Shown piece after piece: positions 10,421-19,002 of a stretch of DNA of 64,000 nucleotides. Each line of letters starts with the position of its first letter. Positions within the stretch are counted from its first letter, which is position 1. The position numbers and the translations under genes were made by a program. Source of the stretch: an uncultured delta proteobacterium (GTDB lineage: Bacteria > Desulfobacterota > Desulfobacteria > Desulfobacterales > QNYZ01); assembly GCA_963845145.1 (NCBI GenBank), contig CAWJQU010000017.1, positions 1 through 64,000 of the forward strand, given 5' to 3'. The notes below the pieces were generated by a model, which was not told where the DNA came from, made no database searches, and worked only from the letters and a program-made list of their open reading frames with translations.

Positions 10421-12276
10421 GTGCGCCCATGATGGCGACTTATCTGCACGGTGAAAGTCCGTGTCGGTGTATGCCACAGCATCGTAGCTGAAGGCAACTG
10501 CGTCGCCGTGAGGCGGGGTGGGAAGCAGCCGGAAGCGAACTGTCGGTCCGCAGGATAACGAACTCGATTCGGCGGGATGTATTGGCGAGCCCCCTACGAT
10601 GGGGTGAAGCCTGGAAATCATCGTACACGCTGCCGTGGCAGTCAAAGCGATGTGCGGACACATAACGTGGTTGGAGGTGGAACGACAGGAAGGTAAGTCG
10701 CATTAAATGGGGAGACCTGCGGTCCCAGGTGAGGGACTGCAGGAGTCAGAGCCCTCACAGTACCGCAGGCAATATAATGTTGCCGGAAATCCTGGTTAGC
10801 AAAGCCAGGACGAGGGAAGGGGGGCAGGGAGGTAGGATACAGGATGTCGATACCAGTGCAAAAAGAGTTTGACTTCGCCTCGTCAGTGCCCAAAGCGGCT
10901 AAACAAGAGGCAGAAACTCACAGTCCGGTTGAATGGAAGTGGGTGGAAGCAACGGTATGGACAAAACGTATGTTGGCGGCCCTGGGTAACGGGGTGAAAG
11001 GAGGTAAATGGTTCAGCCTGATCGATAAAGTCTACAACCCAAAAACCCTAAAGGTGGCCTGGGAAAAGGTTGCCTCGAATAAGGGTGCCGCAGGGGTAGA
11101 CAATATCAGTATCAAACGCTTTCGATCCAACGCACGGTTTTACTTGGCGGAACTGGGAAGGGAGTTGGATGACGGTACCTTTCAATCTTCTGCAGTTAGA
11201 CGGGTACACATCCCCAAAGACGGGAAGAAAACCCGACCCTTGGGGATACCCACCGTCAAAGATCGTATCGTTCAGACCGCTTTGAAAATGGTTCTGGAGC
11301 CTATCTTTGAGAGGGAGTTTCTCCAAACAAGTTACGGCTTCAGGCCGGGTCGAGGGTGTAAGGATGCGTTGCGAGAGGTAGACCGGCTATTAAAAGAAGG
11401 CTACACGTGGGTGGTCGACGCTGATGTCAAAAGTTATTTTGATTCAATTCCACATGATCTTCTTATGGAGCGCATAAGGAAAAGGGTAAGTGATGGTAGA
11501 ATCCTTCACTTGATTGAACTTTTTCTTAAGCAGGAAATACTGGAGGACATGAAACTATGGAATCCAATCAGCGGTACACCACAGGGAGCGGTTCTCAGTC
11601 CGCTGCTGGCAAATGTGTACCTTCACCAGCTGGATCTAACTTTACATCGGAATGGGTTTAGAATGGTTCGTTATGCGGATGACTGGGTGGTGCTGTGTCG
11701 GAATATAGATGAAGCGAAAGCCGCTCTTTCTCTGATCCAAGCATGGATCGTTAATAACGGCCTTGAATTGAGTCCCGAAAAGACTCATATCGGTAGTAAC
11801 CTCCAACCGGGTCAGGGATTTGAATTTTTAGGGTATCGATTTGAAGATGGCTGTCGCTATGTCCGATCGAAGAGTCTCAAGAGGTTTAAGAATAATATCC
11901 GTCTGAAGACTCGTAGAACGCGAGGCGATAGCATTGAGCAAATCATATCCGATCTCAATCCGACCATTAACGGTTGGTTTGGGTACTTCAAGCACGCGCA
12001 TCACTACACGTTCAGCTCTCTGGATGGATTTATACGTCGACGCCTAAGAGCAATACTGTGCAAACATCAAAAGCGGCCAGGTTCTGGCAGAACTGGTAAG
12101 GATCACAGGCTGTGGCCAAATGCCTTTTTCGCTGAACGGGGGCTTTTCACCATGCGTGAAGCCCACACGCTAGCGCGCCGATCCCGATGAGGAAACCACC
12201 GACTGGAGAGCCGTGTGCGGGAGAACCGCATGCACGGTTCGGAGGGCGGGGAGGGGCGACCCTTCCCGACCCCTAT
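10421..12276 (+). mobile_element. Complete group II intron (ribozyme + RT ORF)
   Basis: Starts GTGCG at 10421; DV GAGCCGTGTGCGGGAGAACCGCATGCACGGTTC and DVI ending CCGACCCCTAT at 12276; loop TACGA (10595-10599) is complementary to the 5' exon TCGTA (10416-10420). Confidence 0.95.
10844..12190 (+). CDS. ltrA: Group II intron reverse transcriptase/maturase, no HNH endonuclease domain
   Basis: RPLGIPTVKDR, SYGFRPGR, GTPQGAVLSPLLANVYL, RYADD, FEFLGY, maturase GWFGYF. Confidence 0.96.
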   Translation: MSIPVQKEFDFASSVPKAAKQEAETHSPVEWKWVEATVWTKRMLAALGNGVKGGKWFSLIDKVYNPKTLKVAWEKVASNKGAAGVDNISIKRFRSNARFYLAELGRELDDGTFQSSAVRRVHIPKDGKKTRPLGIPTVKDRIVQTALKMVLEPIFEREFLQTSYGFRPGRGCKDALREVDRLLKEGYTWVVDADVKSYFDSIPHDLLMERIRKRVSDGRILHLIELFLKQEILEDMKLWNPISGTPQGAVLSPLLANVYLHQLDLTLHRNGFRMVRYADDWVVLCRNIDEAKAALSLIQAWIVNNGLELSPEKTHIGSNLQPGQGFEFLGYRFEDGCRYVRSKSLKRFKNNIRLKTRRTRGDSIEQIISDLNPTINGWFGYFKHAHHYTFSSLDGFIRRRLRAILCKHQKRPGSGRTGKDHRLWPNAFFAERGLFTMREAHTLARRSR

Positions 12277-12295
12277 CACCCAAATTTATTAAAAC

Positions 12296-13099
12296 GGTAG
12301 CCAGGGGATGTTGCCATCCCCAAGCCCCCTAAGAACGGTGCGTGACAGTTTCCCGTCACACCGCTCAAGCCTCCGCCAAGGTTTCCCTTATGGGGATTCC
12401 CGCAAATTAATTTCTTACTTCACGTTACCGCATGATCGTCAGAGTAGCCATAGGCATGCAGAGCGCACCGTCTCACCCAAAAGTGGACATTATTTGCTTT
12501 CCCTGTTTTCATCTGATTCAATCACCTTTCACGTGACCAGAGACCCGCTGAAAGTCTGCCTCCTTACGGAGCCGAGAATATTGCACCCGGTATCCTGACC
12601 ATTACAGCCAAGCATTTGCTTCTTTCAGCCTCCTATTCCAGCCCGCCAACAGCATGCCTTGCGGTTAAGCCTGCCCAAAGGGCGACGGGACTGGGTTCCC
12701 ACGTTCCACATAGTTGATCCAATGGACGACTTAGGCGCGCCCTTTACGCCGGTGGTGCAACGGTTCCGTACAGGCAGTTATAAGACCTGCATCCTGACGA
12801 CTTGCTGTAAACTCTGAAAAGCAGCCTTAGACCTGTTAATTCTCTTAGGCCCGTGCTCATTGACGACGCTTACAAACATTCAGATATCTTAGCCATATCG
12901 TCCGACCTTAGCCCTTAACCGGAGAGAATTCCCGGAGGGGTTCTCCTGTCACCATTCAAACCCAATTCGGTACATTGTCCGCAGGGCTTCGCACCCCGTC
13001 ATCAGCGCAACGGCAGCACGCCTGCGTAAGGTCCGGCAGGAACATGCCGGGTATTCTTGTACTTCTTAATACACTCAACTATGCGACTTCGTGTCGCAC
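12296..13099 (-). mobile_element. ORF-less group II intron (IIB-like); its terminal bases lie at 7843-7848
   Basis: Minus strand starts GTGCGACACGAAGTCGC at 13099; DV GAGCGGTGTGACGGGAAACTGTCACGCACCGTTC; DVI GGGGGC..GGGGATG-GCAA-CATCCCC..GCTACC is cut by the inserted element and resumes as (CC)CGAC. No RT ORF; only a 30-codon ORF at 12420-12512. Confidence 0.92.
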
Positions 13100-13220
13100 G
13101 ATAACATTAAGCTCAGCCGCCGCCAGGAAAATGGTGTAGCTTGTTTGAGCTTTTGTAATGGTAAAATAGTTACGAAATTCGACTGCGCTTCTTGCGGTTG
13201 GCTGCAGTGTATTGATAGCC
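13100..13220 (-). other. attC integron cassette recombination site (about 121 bp) with non-canonical R''
   Basis: Minus strand GGCTATC-AATAC-ACTGCAGC-CAACCGC ... GCGGCG-GCTGAGC-TTAAT-GTTATC gives R''-L''...L'-R' spacing with an extra base in L''; starts 7 nt after the ORF stop. Confidence 0.85.
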
Positions 13221-14296
13221 AACAAAATTACAATGTACTTGGTTGCAGTTTTACTAACGTATCAACCAAACTGATATTTTTAGGTAATATATATTCTTTC
13301 TGCAATGACGTGATATTTATATAACCAATTGGATTGGAACTCCAACTACCATTTTCTTTCCTGTAAACAAATAGGTTGGCTCCGTCAGTAATTAAAATAC
13401 ATGTAGCGTTTAGCAAATTATGGTCATTTGCATACTTGATTGGTTGACTTAAAACATTACTTAATGGCTTCCCAAGTCCTTTTGCCTCTAACAGCATTAT
13501 ACAATTATTTGTAACAGTGGGTGTAGTTTTGAAAAATGCTACATCAATTTTTCTCCACTCAACAGCAATCTGCTGATGAGACCATCCAAGCCCTAAAAAA
13601 AGAGGGATGATTATATGTGCAACGATTTCAAATTCGGAGGGGCTACGCCCAGAAGCATCTGACCAATACCATGAGCATAACCTTTCGGCCTGTTGCAGTG
13701 CTTTTAGAATATCTTCAATATTTTTATTGCTGATTCCAGCTCGGAATAGTTCTACTCCTTAGTTCTTTTCTGCTGTATAAATTGAAGCATCAATTTGGGG
13801 TAATTCTTTGAGAGGTCGGTCGAAATAATCCGGGGAGATTCCACGAACTGTCTTTAAAATATGATCTTCATGGACTTTTGTGAAAGAAGGCTTTTGTTTT
13901 ACTTTATCAAAGATATTCGCCAATAAATTTAATTTATAATTTTTCGCCCAAATTACCCTCCTACAGTGGCAAAGATCCCATCCATAAACGCAACGAAAAG
14001 CATTGTTAAAGGAATATTGATCATCTCCGACGGGGATTTGACCTATTCCAATTACTTCTTTAGCAAATCTCATAAGTACACGATCCCCTGGTTGTGGGGA
14101 ATGTGCAAAATTATGAACTTGGCAACCAGCAGAATTGGGGGTGCCGTCGTGATAATTATTTATTACAGCATCGTCAAAATGACTCGGCCCAATAATCATT
14201 ACATCATGACCGGAAAATATTTCTCGATAATCCCTTCCGGGTTCACCCGTTGCAATTTGCCAAACATTCATATTTGTCTCTTTTTTTGAAGGCTAT
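13105..14296 (-). mobile_element. Solitary integron-type gene cassette
   Basis: Visibly AT-rich single ORF, bounded upstream by G|ATAGCC (14297-14291), the exact complement of R'' GGCTATC, and downstream by the attC; no IntI in the window. Confidence 0.8.
13228..14271 (-). CDS. Cassette protein: PUA/EVE-like N-terminal domain + HsdR_N-like PD-(D/E)xK nuclease; in-frame TAA at 13759-13761 (error or pseudogene)
   Basis: ORFs 13759..14271 and 13228..13497 are in the same frame and are joined by GVELFRAG...SEFEIVAHIIIPLFLGLGW...EWRKIDVAFF...LLEAK...Q..KYA...ILITDG. Confidence 0.7.
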
Positions 14297-14629
14297 CATT
14301 TACATTAAATTGATTCTGTTTTTATCCATTGGGGTTTAAAAATAAGGAAAAAATCAAATATAAACTTTGCATTTTACGTTCAATAAATCTACTTTTTATT
14401 AGACATATCGGTATTAGAGAGAATCTACATAAAAAGCGAATTTTATTATTTCAGCCGGTTGCAGATTGATTGAGACTATCGTGCCCCAATGACCTTAAAA
14501 ATCTTACCCAAAATCTAATATTTTCTCAAGGTTTAAAAGCTGTGATATAGTAGGTTCGCAAATTATAACGGTGAAAACTATTTGGTTTTAAAATAGCCGG
14601 TTTTGATGAACTACTTCGCGGCATACTTG

Positions 14630-14699
14630 GGACTAATTGCTATCATTAATCGTTCCCCGGTCAGGCCGCGATCGCTTAAAATTATAGCAATATTAGTCC
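14630..14699. repeat. 70-bp MITE-like palindromic unit
   Basis: GGACTAATTGCTAT ... ATAGCAATATTAGTCC terminal inverted repeat. Confidence 0.6.
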
Positions 14700-14877
14700 T
14701 GGATGTGAGCTGCCGGCAACCGGTTTGATAGCAAATTAAAATATTGGTAAATTTATAAGAATGCCTGAATTGATGATTGGAATAACTAAAAAAACAGGAA
14801 ACCTAAGACCGCATTTAAAGCGATATTTGTCAAAACCATACAAAGTTACAGATCAATTTAGACACTATCACGCCAGT

Positions 14878-14937
14878 TGAGGCGCGGCTTTGAACTATCC
14901 TACTGCATGATATTGCAGGAATCGGTTCCGCGCCTCA
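14878..14937. repeat. 60-bp hairpin / MITE-like unit
   Basis: Perfect 10-bp inverted repeat TGAGGCGCGG...CCGCGCCTCA abutting the adh remnant. Confidence 0.55.
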
Positions 14938-15061
14938 TTTTTTGACTATGGCGACTGATGCCGGTATCAAACCCGAGATTGAAAAATATCCGCTGGAGGC
15001 GGCCAATGAGGCCCTGGTCGAATTGAAGTTCGGTGAAAAAATAGGTGTAAAAGTTGAATAG
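14938..15061 (+). pseudogene. C-terminal remnant of a zinc-dependent alcohol dehydrogenase-family gene
   Basis: Reads FLTMATDAGIKPEIEKYPLEAANEALVELKFGEKIGVKVE*, resembling AdhP-family C-termini. Confidence 0.6.
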
Positions 15062-15071
15062 TGAAAACCAC

Positions 15072-16133
15072 CTATGATTTATTTCGAAATGCCTTTTTTA
15101 ATTTTTCGTGGGCAGAGAGCATCAGCTTTTCGGTGGTTTCCCAGGAGATGCATTCATCGGTAATCGAAACACCGTACTCTAAAGACGACATGTCCCCTGT
15201 GAATTTCTGGTTACCTTCAAACAGATTGCTTTCAAGCATCAAACCGGACAAAGCAACCGTTCCGGAAACATATTGGTCAATGATGCTTTGCCATACGATG
15301 GGCTGACCTTTAAATTTTTTCATGGAGTTGCCATGGGAACAGTCCACCATGATTGTTTCCGGCAGGTCTCTGATGATGAGTTTGAGACGGGTCTCTTCAA
15401 TGCTGACAGGATTGTAATTTGGTCTTTTTCCGCCCCGTAGCACCAAGTGGCACATAGGATTACCCCCAGTCATAACCACTGAAGTATTACCGTCTTGGTC
15501 AATCCCCAGGAAACTTTGGGGGGTTTTGGCGGCCAAGATACCGTTAATTGCCGAGGCGAGTTTGCCGTCCGTACCGTTTTTAAACCCGACCGGCATGGAT
15601 AGACCGCTAGCCATTTCACGATGGGGTTGGGATTCGGTGGTGCGGGCCCCAATGGCCGCCCAAGAGACCAAATCGGAAAGGTATTGGGGTGTGATCGTAT
15701 CGAGCATTTCGGTGGCAGTAGGAAGGCCCATGTCACCGATTTCCATGAGTAGGCGGCGTGACCGTTGCAACCCCTCCATCATGTTGCACGATCCATCCAT
15801 GCGAGGATCATTCATGAGCCCTTTCCATCCGATGGTGGTCCGGGGTTTTTCAAAATAGACACGCATGACAACAAACAGCGTTTCCTCAACATGTTTTCGA
15901 AGGGTATTCAATTTCTGCGCATATTCCAAAGCACCCTTTTCATCATGAATAGAACAGGGCCCAACAACGACCATCAGCCGCCTGTCTTTTCTAAGCAGAA
16001 TATTCTGAATGTTCTCACGGCCCTGGCTCACGGTTTTAATGGCCGTCTCACTGATTGGCAGATCCCGTTTTAAAACACTCGGTATCGTCAAAGGGGTGTA
16101 ACCCTTGATTCTCAAATCATCTGTCTTTTTCAT
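15072..16133 (-). CDS. aroG: 3-deoxy-7-phosphoheptulonate (DAHP) synthase, class I alpha
   Basis: GPCSIHD, RVYFEKPRT, IGARTTESQ.HRE.ASG, VDCSHGNS, YGVSITDEC. Confidence 0.95.
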   Translation of the reverse strand: MKKTDDLRIKGYTPLTIPSVLKRDLPISETAIKTVSQGRENIQNILLRKDRRLMVVVGPCSIHDEKGALEYAQKLNTLRKHVEETLFVVMRVYFEKPRTTIGWKGLMNDPRMDGSCNMMEGLQRSRRLLMEIGDMGLPTATEMLDTITPQYLSDLVSWAAIGARTTESQPHREMASGLSMPVGFKNGTDGKLASAINGILAAKTPQSFLGIDQDGNTSVVMTGGNPMCHLVLRGGKRPNYNPVSIEETRLKLIIRDLPETIMVDCSHGNSMKKFKGQPIVWQSIIDQYVSGTVALSGLMLESNLFEGNQKFTGDMSSLEYGVSITDECISWETTEKLMLSAHEKLKKAFRNKS

Positions 16134-16190
16134 GAATAAACCTTCCTTGTCGCCGGTGATGATGAAAAATGAATTGAATCTAAACAATAA

Positions 16191-16931
16191 TTATGCAATC
16201 GGTCTTTTCAATGTTTTCGCTCCATAGGGGCAGACGGATGCGCAGATTCCGCAGTTGTGGCCGTTGTGATACTGATAGTAGTTTTCTTTTTTCCAAATAT
16301 CGCAAACTTTAACATCAAGGATTTCCGAACGCGATACGCCCGGATACCAGGCTGTCCCCTTTAGTGCATCGGCAGGGCAGGCATCCACGCAGCGAAAGCA
16401 TCGGCCGCAGAAGCTGCGTTCGATCGGTGTTCCGTTTTTCAAGACCATATTCGTGAAAACCGTGCCCAGGCGCACCCATGGGCCGTATTTACGGGTAATG
16501 AGTTGACAATGACGTCCGATCCATCCCAAACCGGCCTGCGTGGCGGCTGTTTTGTGCGGAAAGTCGCCACATATGTTTATCTTATCGGTTCGATCTGAAG
16601 CAGCCACAGCGAGAGCCTGAAAACCTTTGTTTTTAATCGTGGTCTCCAAGGCTTTGGACACCCTATTGATTCGGTCGTTGGCAGCCGCATATGCATCCGC
16701 ATAGGTCCGATTGGGGCCTGTTTTTAGGGAAGCCATGATTTTGGGGCTCATGGGAAGGGCTAAAGAAATGGCGGATGGATACTTCTTGCCGCTTGAAACG
16801 TGAGGGGTGGAGAATCCTCTTAGATCGGCAACGCCCCAGAGTTTTACCCTGTTCGCGGACATCCAGTCGGTCAGCCAAATTTGGTCTGAGTCGGCGGCGG
16901 TTTTCAAAAAAAGTTTTTTTTTACCAATCAT
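16191..16931 (-). CDS. QueG/reductive-dehalogenase-like iron-sulfur protein
   Basis: HKTAATQAGLGWIGR, GPWVRLG, CGRCFRCVDACP and CGICASVCP. Confidence 0.8.
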   Translation of the reverse strand: MIGKKKLFLKTAADSDQIWLTDWMSANRVKLWGVADLRGFSTPHVSSGKKYPSAISLALPMSPKIMASLKTGPNRTYADAYAAANDRINRVSKALETTIKNKGFQALAVAASDRTDKINICGDFPHKTAATQAGLGWIGRHCQLITRKYGPWVRLGTVFTNMVLKNGTPIERSFCGRCFRCVDACPADALKGTAWYPGVSRSEILDVKVCDIWKKENYYQYHNGHNCGICASVCPYGAKTLKRPIA

Positions 16932-17895
16932 TTTCTAAAGGCACCAAGTCGCCCAAATTACCATGTTTACCCTGATTGAACCAATGTTCGATCAAGTTAT
17001 AGGATATGGATATTTTGGGTGGCAGAAAAAGAATCCCCTGCCTGAGTTCATGGTAGATGTCCTCACGGGAAAACCATCGTGCCGCCTCTATTTCCTGTCC
17101 GTCGATTTCGATTGTATCGTTGTTAGCGGTGGCGATGAAGCCCAGCATGATTGAACCGGGAAAAGGCCATGGTTGCGAAGAATGATAGGTGACCGTTTCG
17201 ATGCCTACACCGGTTTCTTCAAATACCTCGCGAATCACGGCATGTTCGAGACTTTCCCCCGGCTCGACAAATCCGGCAATGGACGAAAAACGTTTCGGTT
17301 TCCAACTGGGTTGACGGGCCAATAAACATCTGCGGCCATTCGTGACCAGGACGATAATCGCAGGATCTGTTCGTGGGAATTGCTGCTGCCCACAGGTCTC
17401 ATTCGTGCATTGCCGCATGTGGCCGCTTGCTTTTGAAGCGGTGAGGTTACCGCATTTTCCGCAGAACTGATGATTTTGGTGCCAGTAGGTGATGCCCTTG
17501 GCGTAGACAAGCAAGGCACCGCTTGAGTGATTTGTTAAACCATCAACGGTTCTCAGGCTTCTGAAGCACCCATAATCTGAAAATTGGTCGGGTATTGCAG
17601 AATTGTCCGGTGGAAGGCCAACGGTAAAATAGAGAATATCATCTTTTTGGCCTAATAGAATGCAAGTATCCCAAAGATCATTAATGATTTTTTCTAAAGT
17701 TTTATAATTCAGAGAAGCCGGCTGATTAGTATCTTCTGCCGTAAAAAGGAGTCTGCCTCGCCAGACGGGAATAAATAGAGCCCGCTTGCTGCGAATACGA
17801 TCGGCAAATATTTGATCATCTCCCCGGCTGTTTGCCATTCTATCGAAAAAACCGGAGCCGAAACAATTACGCATTGATTGTATTAAATGATCCAT
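16921..17895 (-). CDS. nudC: NAD(H) diphosphatase / NAD-cap decapping Nudix hydrolase
   Basis: FCGKCG zinc motif, FPRTDPAII, Nudix box AGFVEPGESLEHAVIREVFEETG, SQPWPFP. Start codon uncertain. Confidence 0.93.
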   Translation of the reverse strand: MDHLIQSMRNCFGSGFFDRMANSRGDDQIFADRIRSKRALFIPVWRGRLLFTAEDTNQPASLNYKTLEKIINDLWDTCILLGQKDDILYFTVGLPPDNSAIPDQFSDYGCFRSLRTVDGLTNHSSGALLVYAKGITYWHQNHQFCGKCGNLTASKASGHMRQCTNETCGQQQFPRTDPAIIVLVTNGRRCLLARQPSWKPKRFSSIAGFVEPGESLEHAVIREVFEETGVGIETVTYHSSQPWPFPGSIMLGFIATANNDTIEIDGQEIEAARWFSREDIYHELRQGILFLPPKISISYNLIEHWFNQGKHGNLGDLVPLENDW

Positions 17896-18291
17896 TAATT
17901 CTCTTTTATGCAATGTTAGGGTAGAGAAAGGTGAAAAACCGAAAATGCCCATCGTTCAATTAAAAAAATTTATTTCCTATTTGTTTAACAAATCAGGCGA
18001 TATAGGGAAAGGCCTGGTTGTGGGCAACCATCCCGATCCTTTTATGATAGCATCAGCTTTAGTTAAAAAGAGAAAATGATTTTTACATAAGCATTTCCAT
18101 GCTACTGTCCGCATGTGACAACCGTGTTATTTGTGTTTATTGTCCGTTGGTTATTTAAATCACGTTATTTAAATCACATTATTTCGCAAAAAATCGCTTA
18201 ACGTAAAACAGATAGCGAACGGGTATAGATTATTAGCCATAGTGGAAAAGATGCACTATTTTTCAAGATAATTAAGTAAAGGATGAAAAAA

Positions 18292-18477
18292 ATGTGTGAT
18301 CAACGCGTTGTATTGATAGAAAAGGGCCAAGAGAATCTGGTTATGGAGGCCGTGGACAGAATGGAAGTGGTCACCGACGGGGTCCGCGTGACGAATATTT
18401 TTGGGGAAGAGAAGATCGTTGCGGCTACATTTCAATCCTGGTCCAACAACAAGATGGTGCTTCAACCCCAGGTGTAA
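18292..18477 (+). CDS. CooT-family small nickel-binding protein
   Basis: MC N-terminus, LVMEAV and IFGEEK pattern, about 61 aa. Confidence 0.7.
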   Translation: MCDQRVVLIEKGQENLVMEAVDRMEVVTDGVRVTNIFGEEKIVAATFQSWSNNKMVLQPQV

Positions 18478-18540
18478 CGGTTTGATTAGGCGTATCAGCC
18501 TGAACCTTCATGAAGTTTAACGAATAAGGATAGATAAGGA

Positions 18541-19002
18541 TTACAAGTTGGGCCGCTCTTTTTTGATCTGCCCATAGGCCTCCTGGATTTCTTTAAAACG
18601 GGTTTCAGCCAGCTGCTGTAATTCCTCACCCAGATGCTGAACCTTGTCCGGGTGATACTTGCCGGCCAGATCCCGATAGGCTGTTTTTATCTCTTCTATA
18701 CTGCTGTTCTCGGGTATGCCAAGCACAGCAAAAGGATCACGAGGCGATCGATTTTCCTCCGGCCTGGCTTTTGGGCCTCCCTGACCAAATCCGGTTTTTT
18801 GATGGGTTTCATACCCGGATTGTTGCCGTTGTCCATATTTAAACATGCCCAATGGGTTGGCGCCACCCCGCAAATAGTTCCATAGGAAAAATAAGAGGAT
18901 AATATCCTCTATCCACCCCCAGCCGCCGAGGAGCGCTTCCGGCAGCAAATCCACCGGGGAGAGGGTATACACAATCGCCAGAATGATCCAAACAATTTTC
19001 AT
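18541..19002 (-). CDS. DUF1232-like membrane segment + C-terminal J domain
   Basis: YTLSPVDLLPE...GWIED; DPFAVLG...AYRDLAGKYHPDK...FKEIQEAY. Confidence 0.85.
   Translation of the reverse strand: MKIVWIILAIVYTLSPVDLLPEALLGGWGWIEDIILLFFLWNYLRGGANPLGMFKYGQRQQSGYETHQKTGFGQGGPKARPEENRSPRDPFAVLGIPENSSIEEIKTAYRDLAGKYHPDKVQHLGEELQQLAETRFKEIQEAYGQIKKERPNL

Larger units (their letters stand above)
7849..12295 (-). mobile_element. Tyrosine recombinase + IS91-like (HUH/Y2) element, about 2.6 kb without the nested intron
   Basis: Imperfect terminal inverted repeats TTRATAAA-N6/7-TGTACGAAG(G)CCGC at both ends (the right one split by an intron). Removing the element plus one GG copy rejoins GTCGGGTAGCC, an intact group II intron 3' end. 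Confidence 0.85.

Noticed and set aside
10844..12190. RT as retron, DGR or defence RT
   Set aside because: It has YADD plus a maturase domain and is embedded in a full group II ribozyme; no TR/VR pair or msr-msd was seen.
13759..13761. Programmed readthrough or selenocysteine in the cassette ORF
   Set aside because: The codon is TAA, and nearby A insertions explain it more simply.
14291..14312. dif-like site at the cassette's upstream border (ATTTAATGTAA resembles a XerD arm)
   Set aside because: No XerC arm at the 6-bp spacing in either the filled or the reconstructed empty site.
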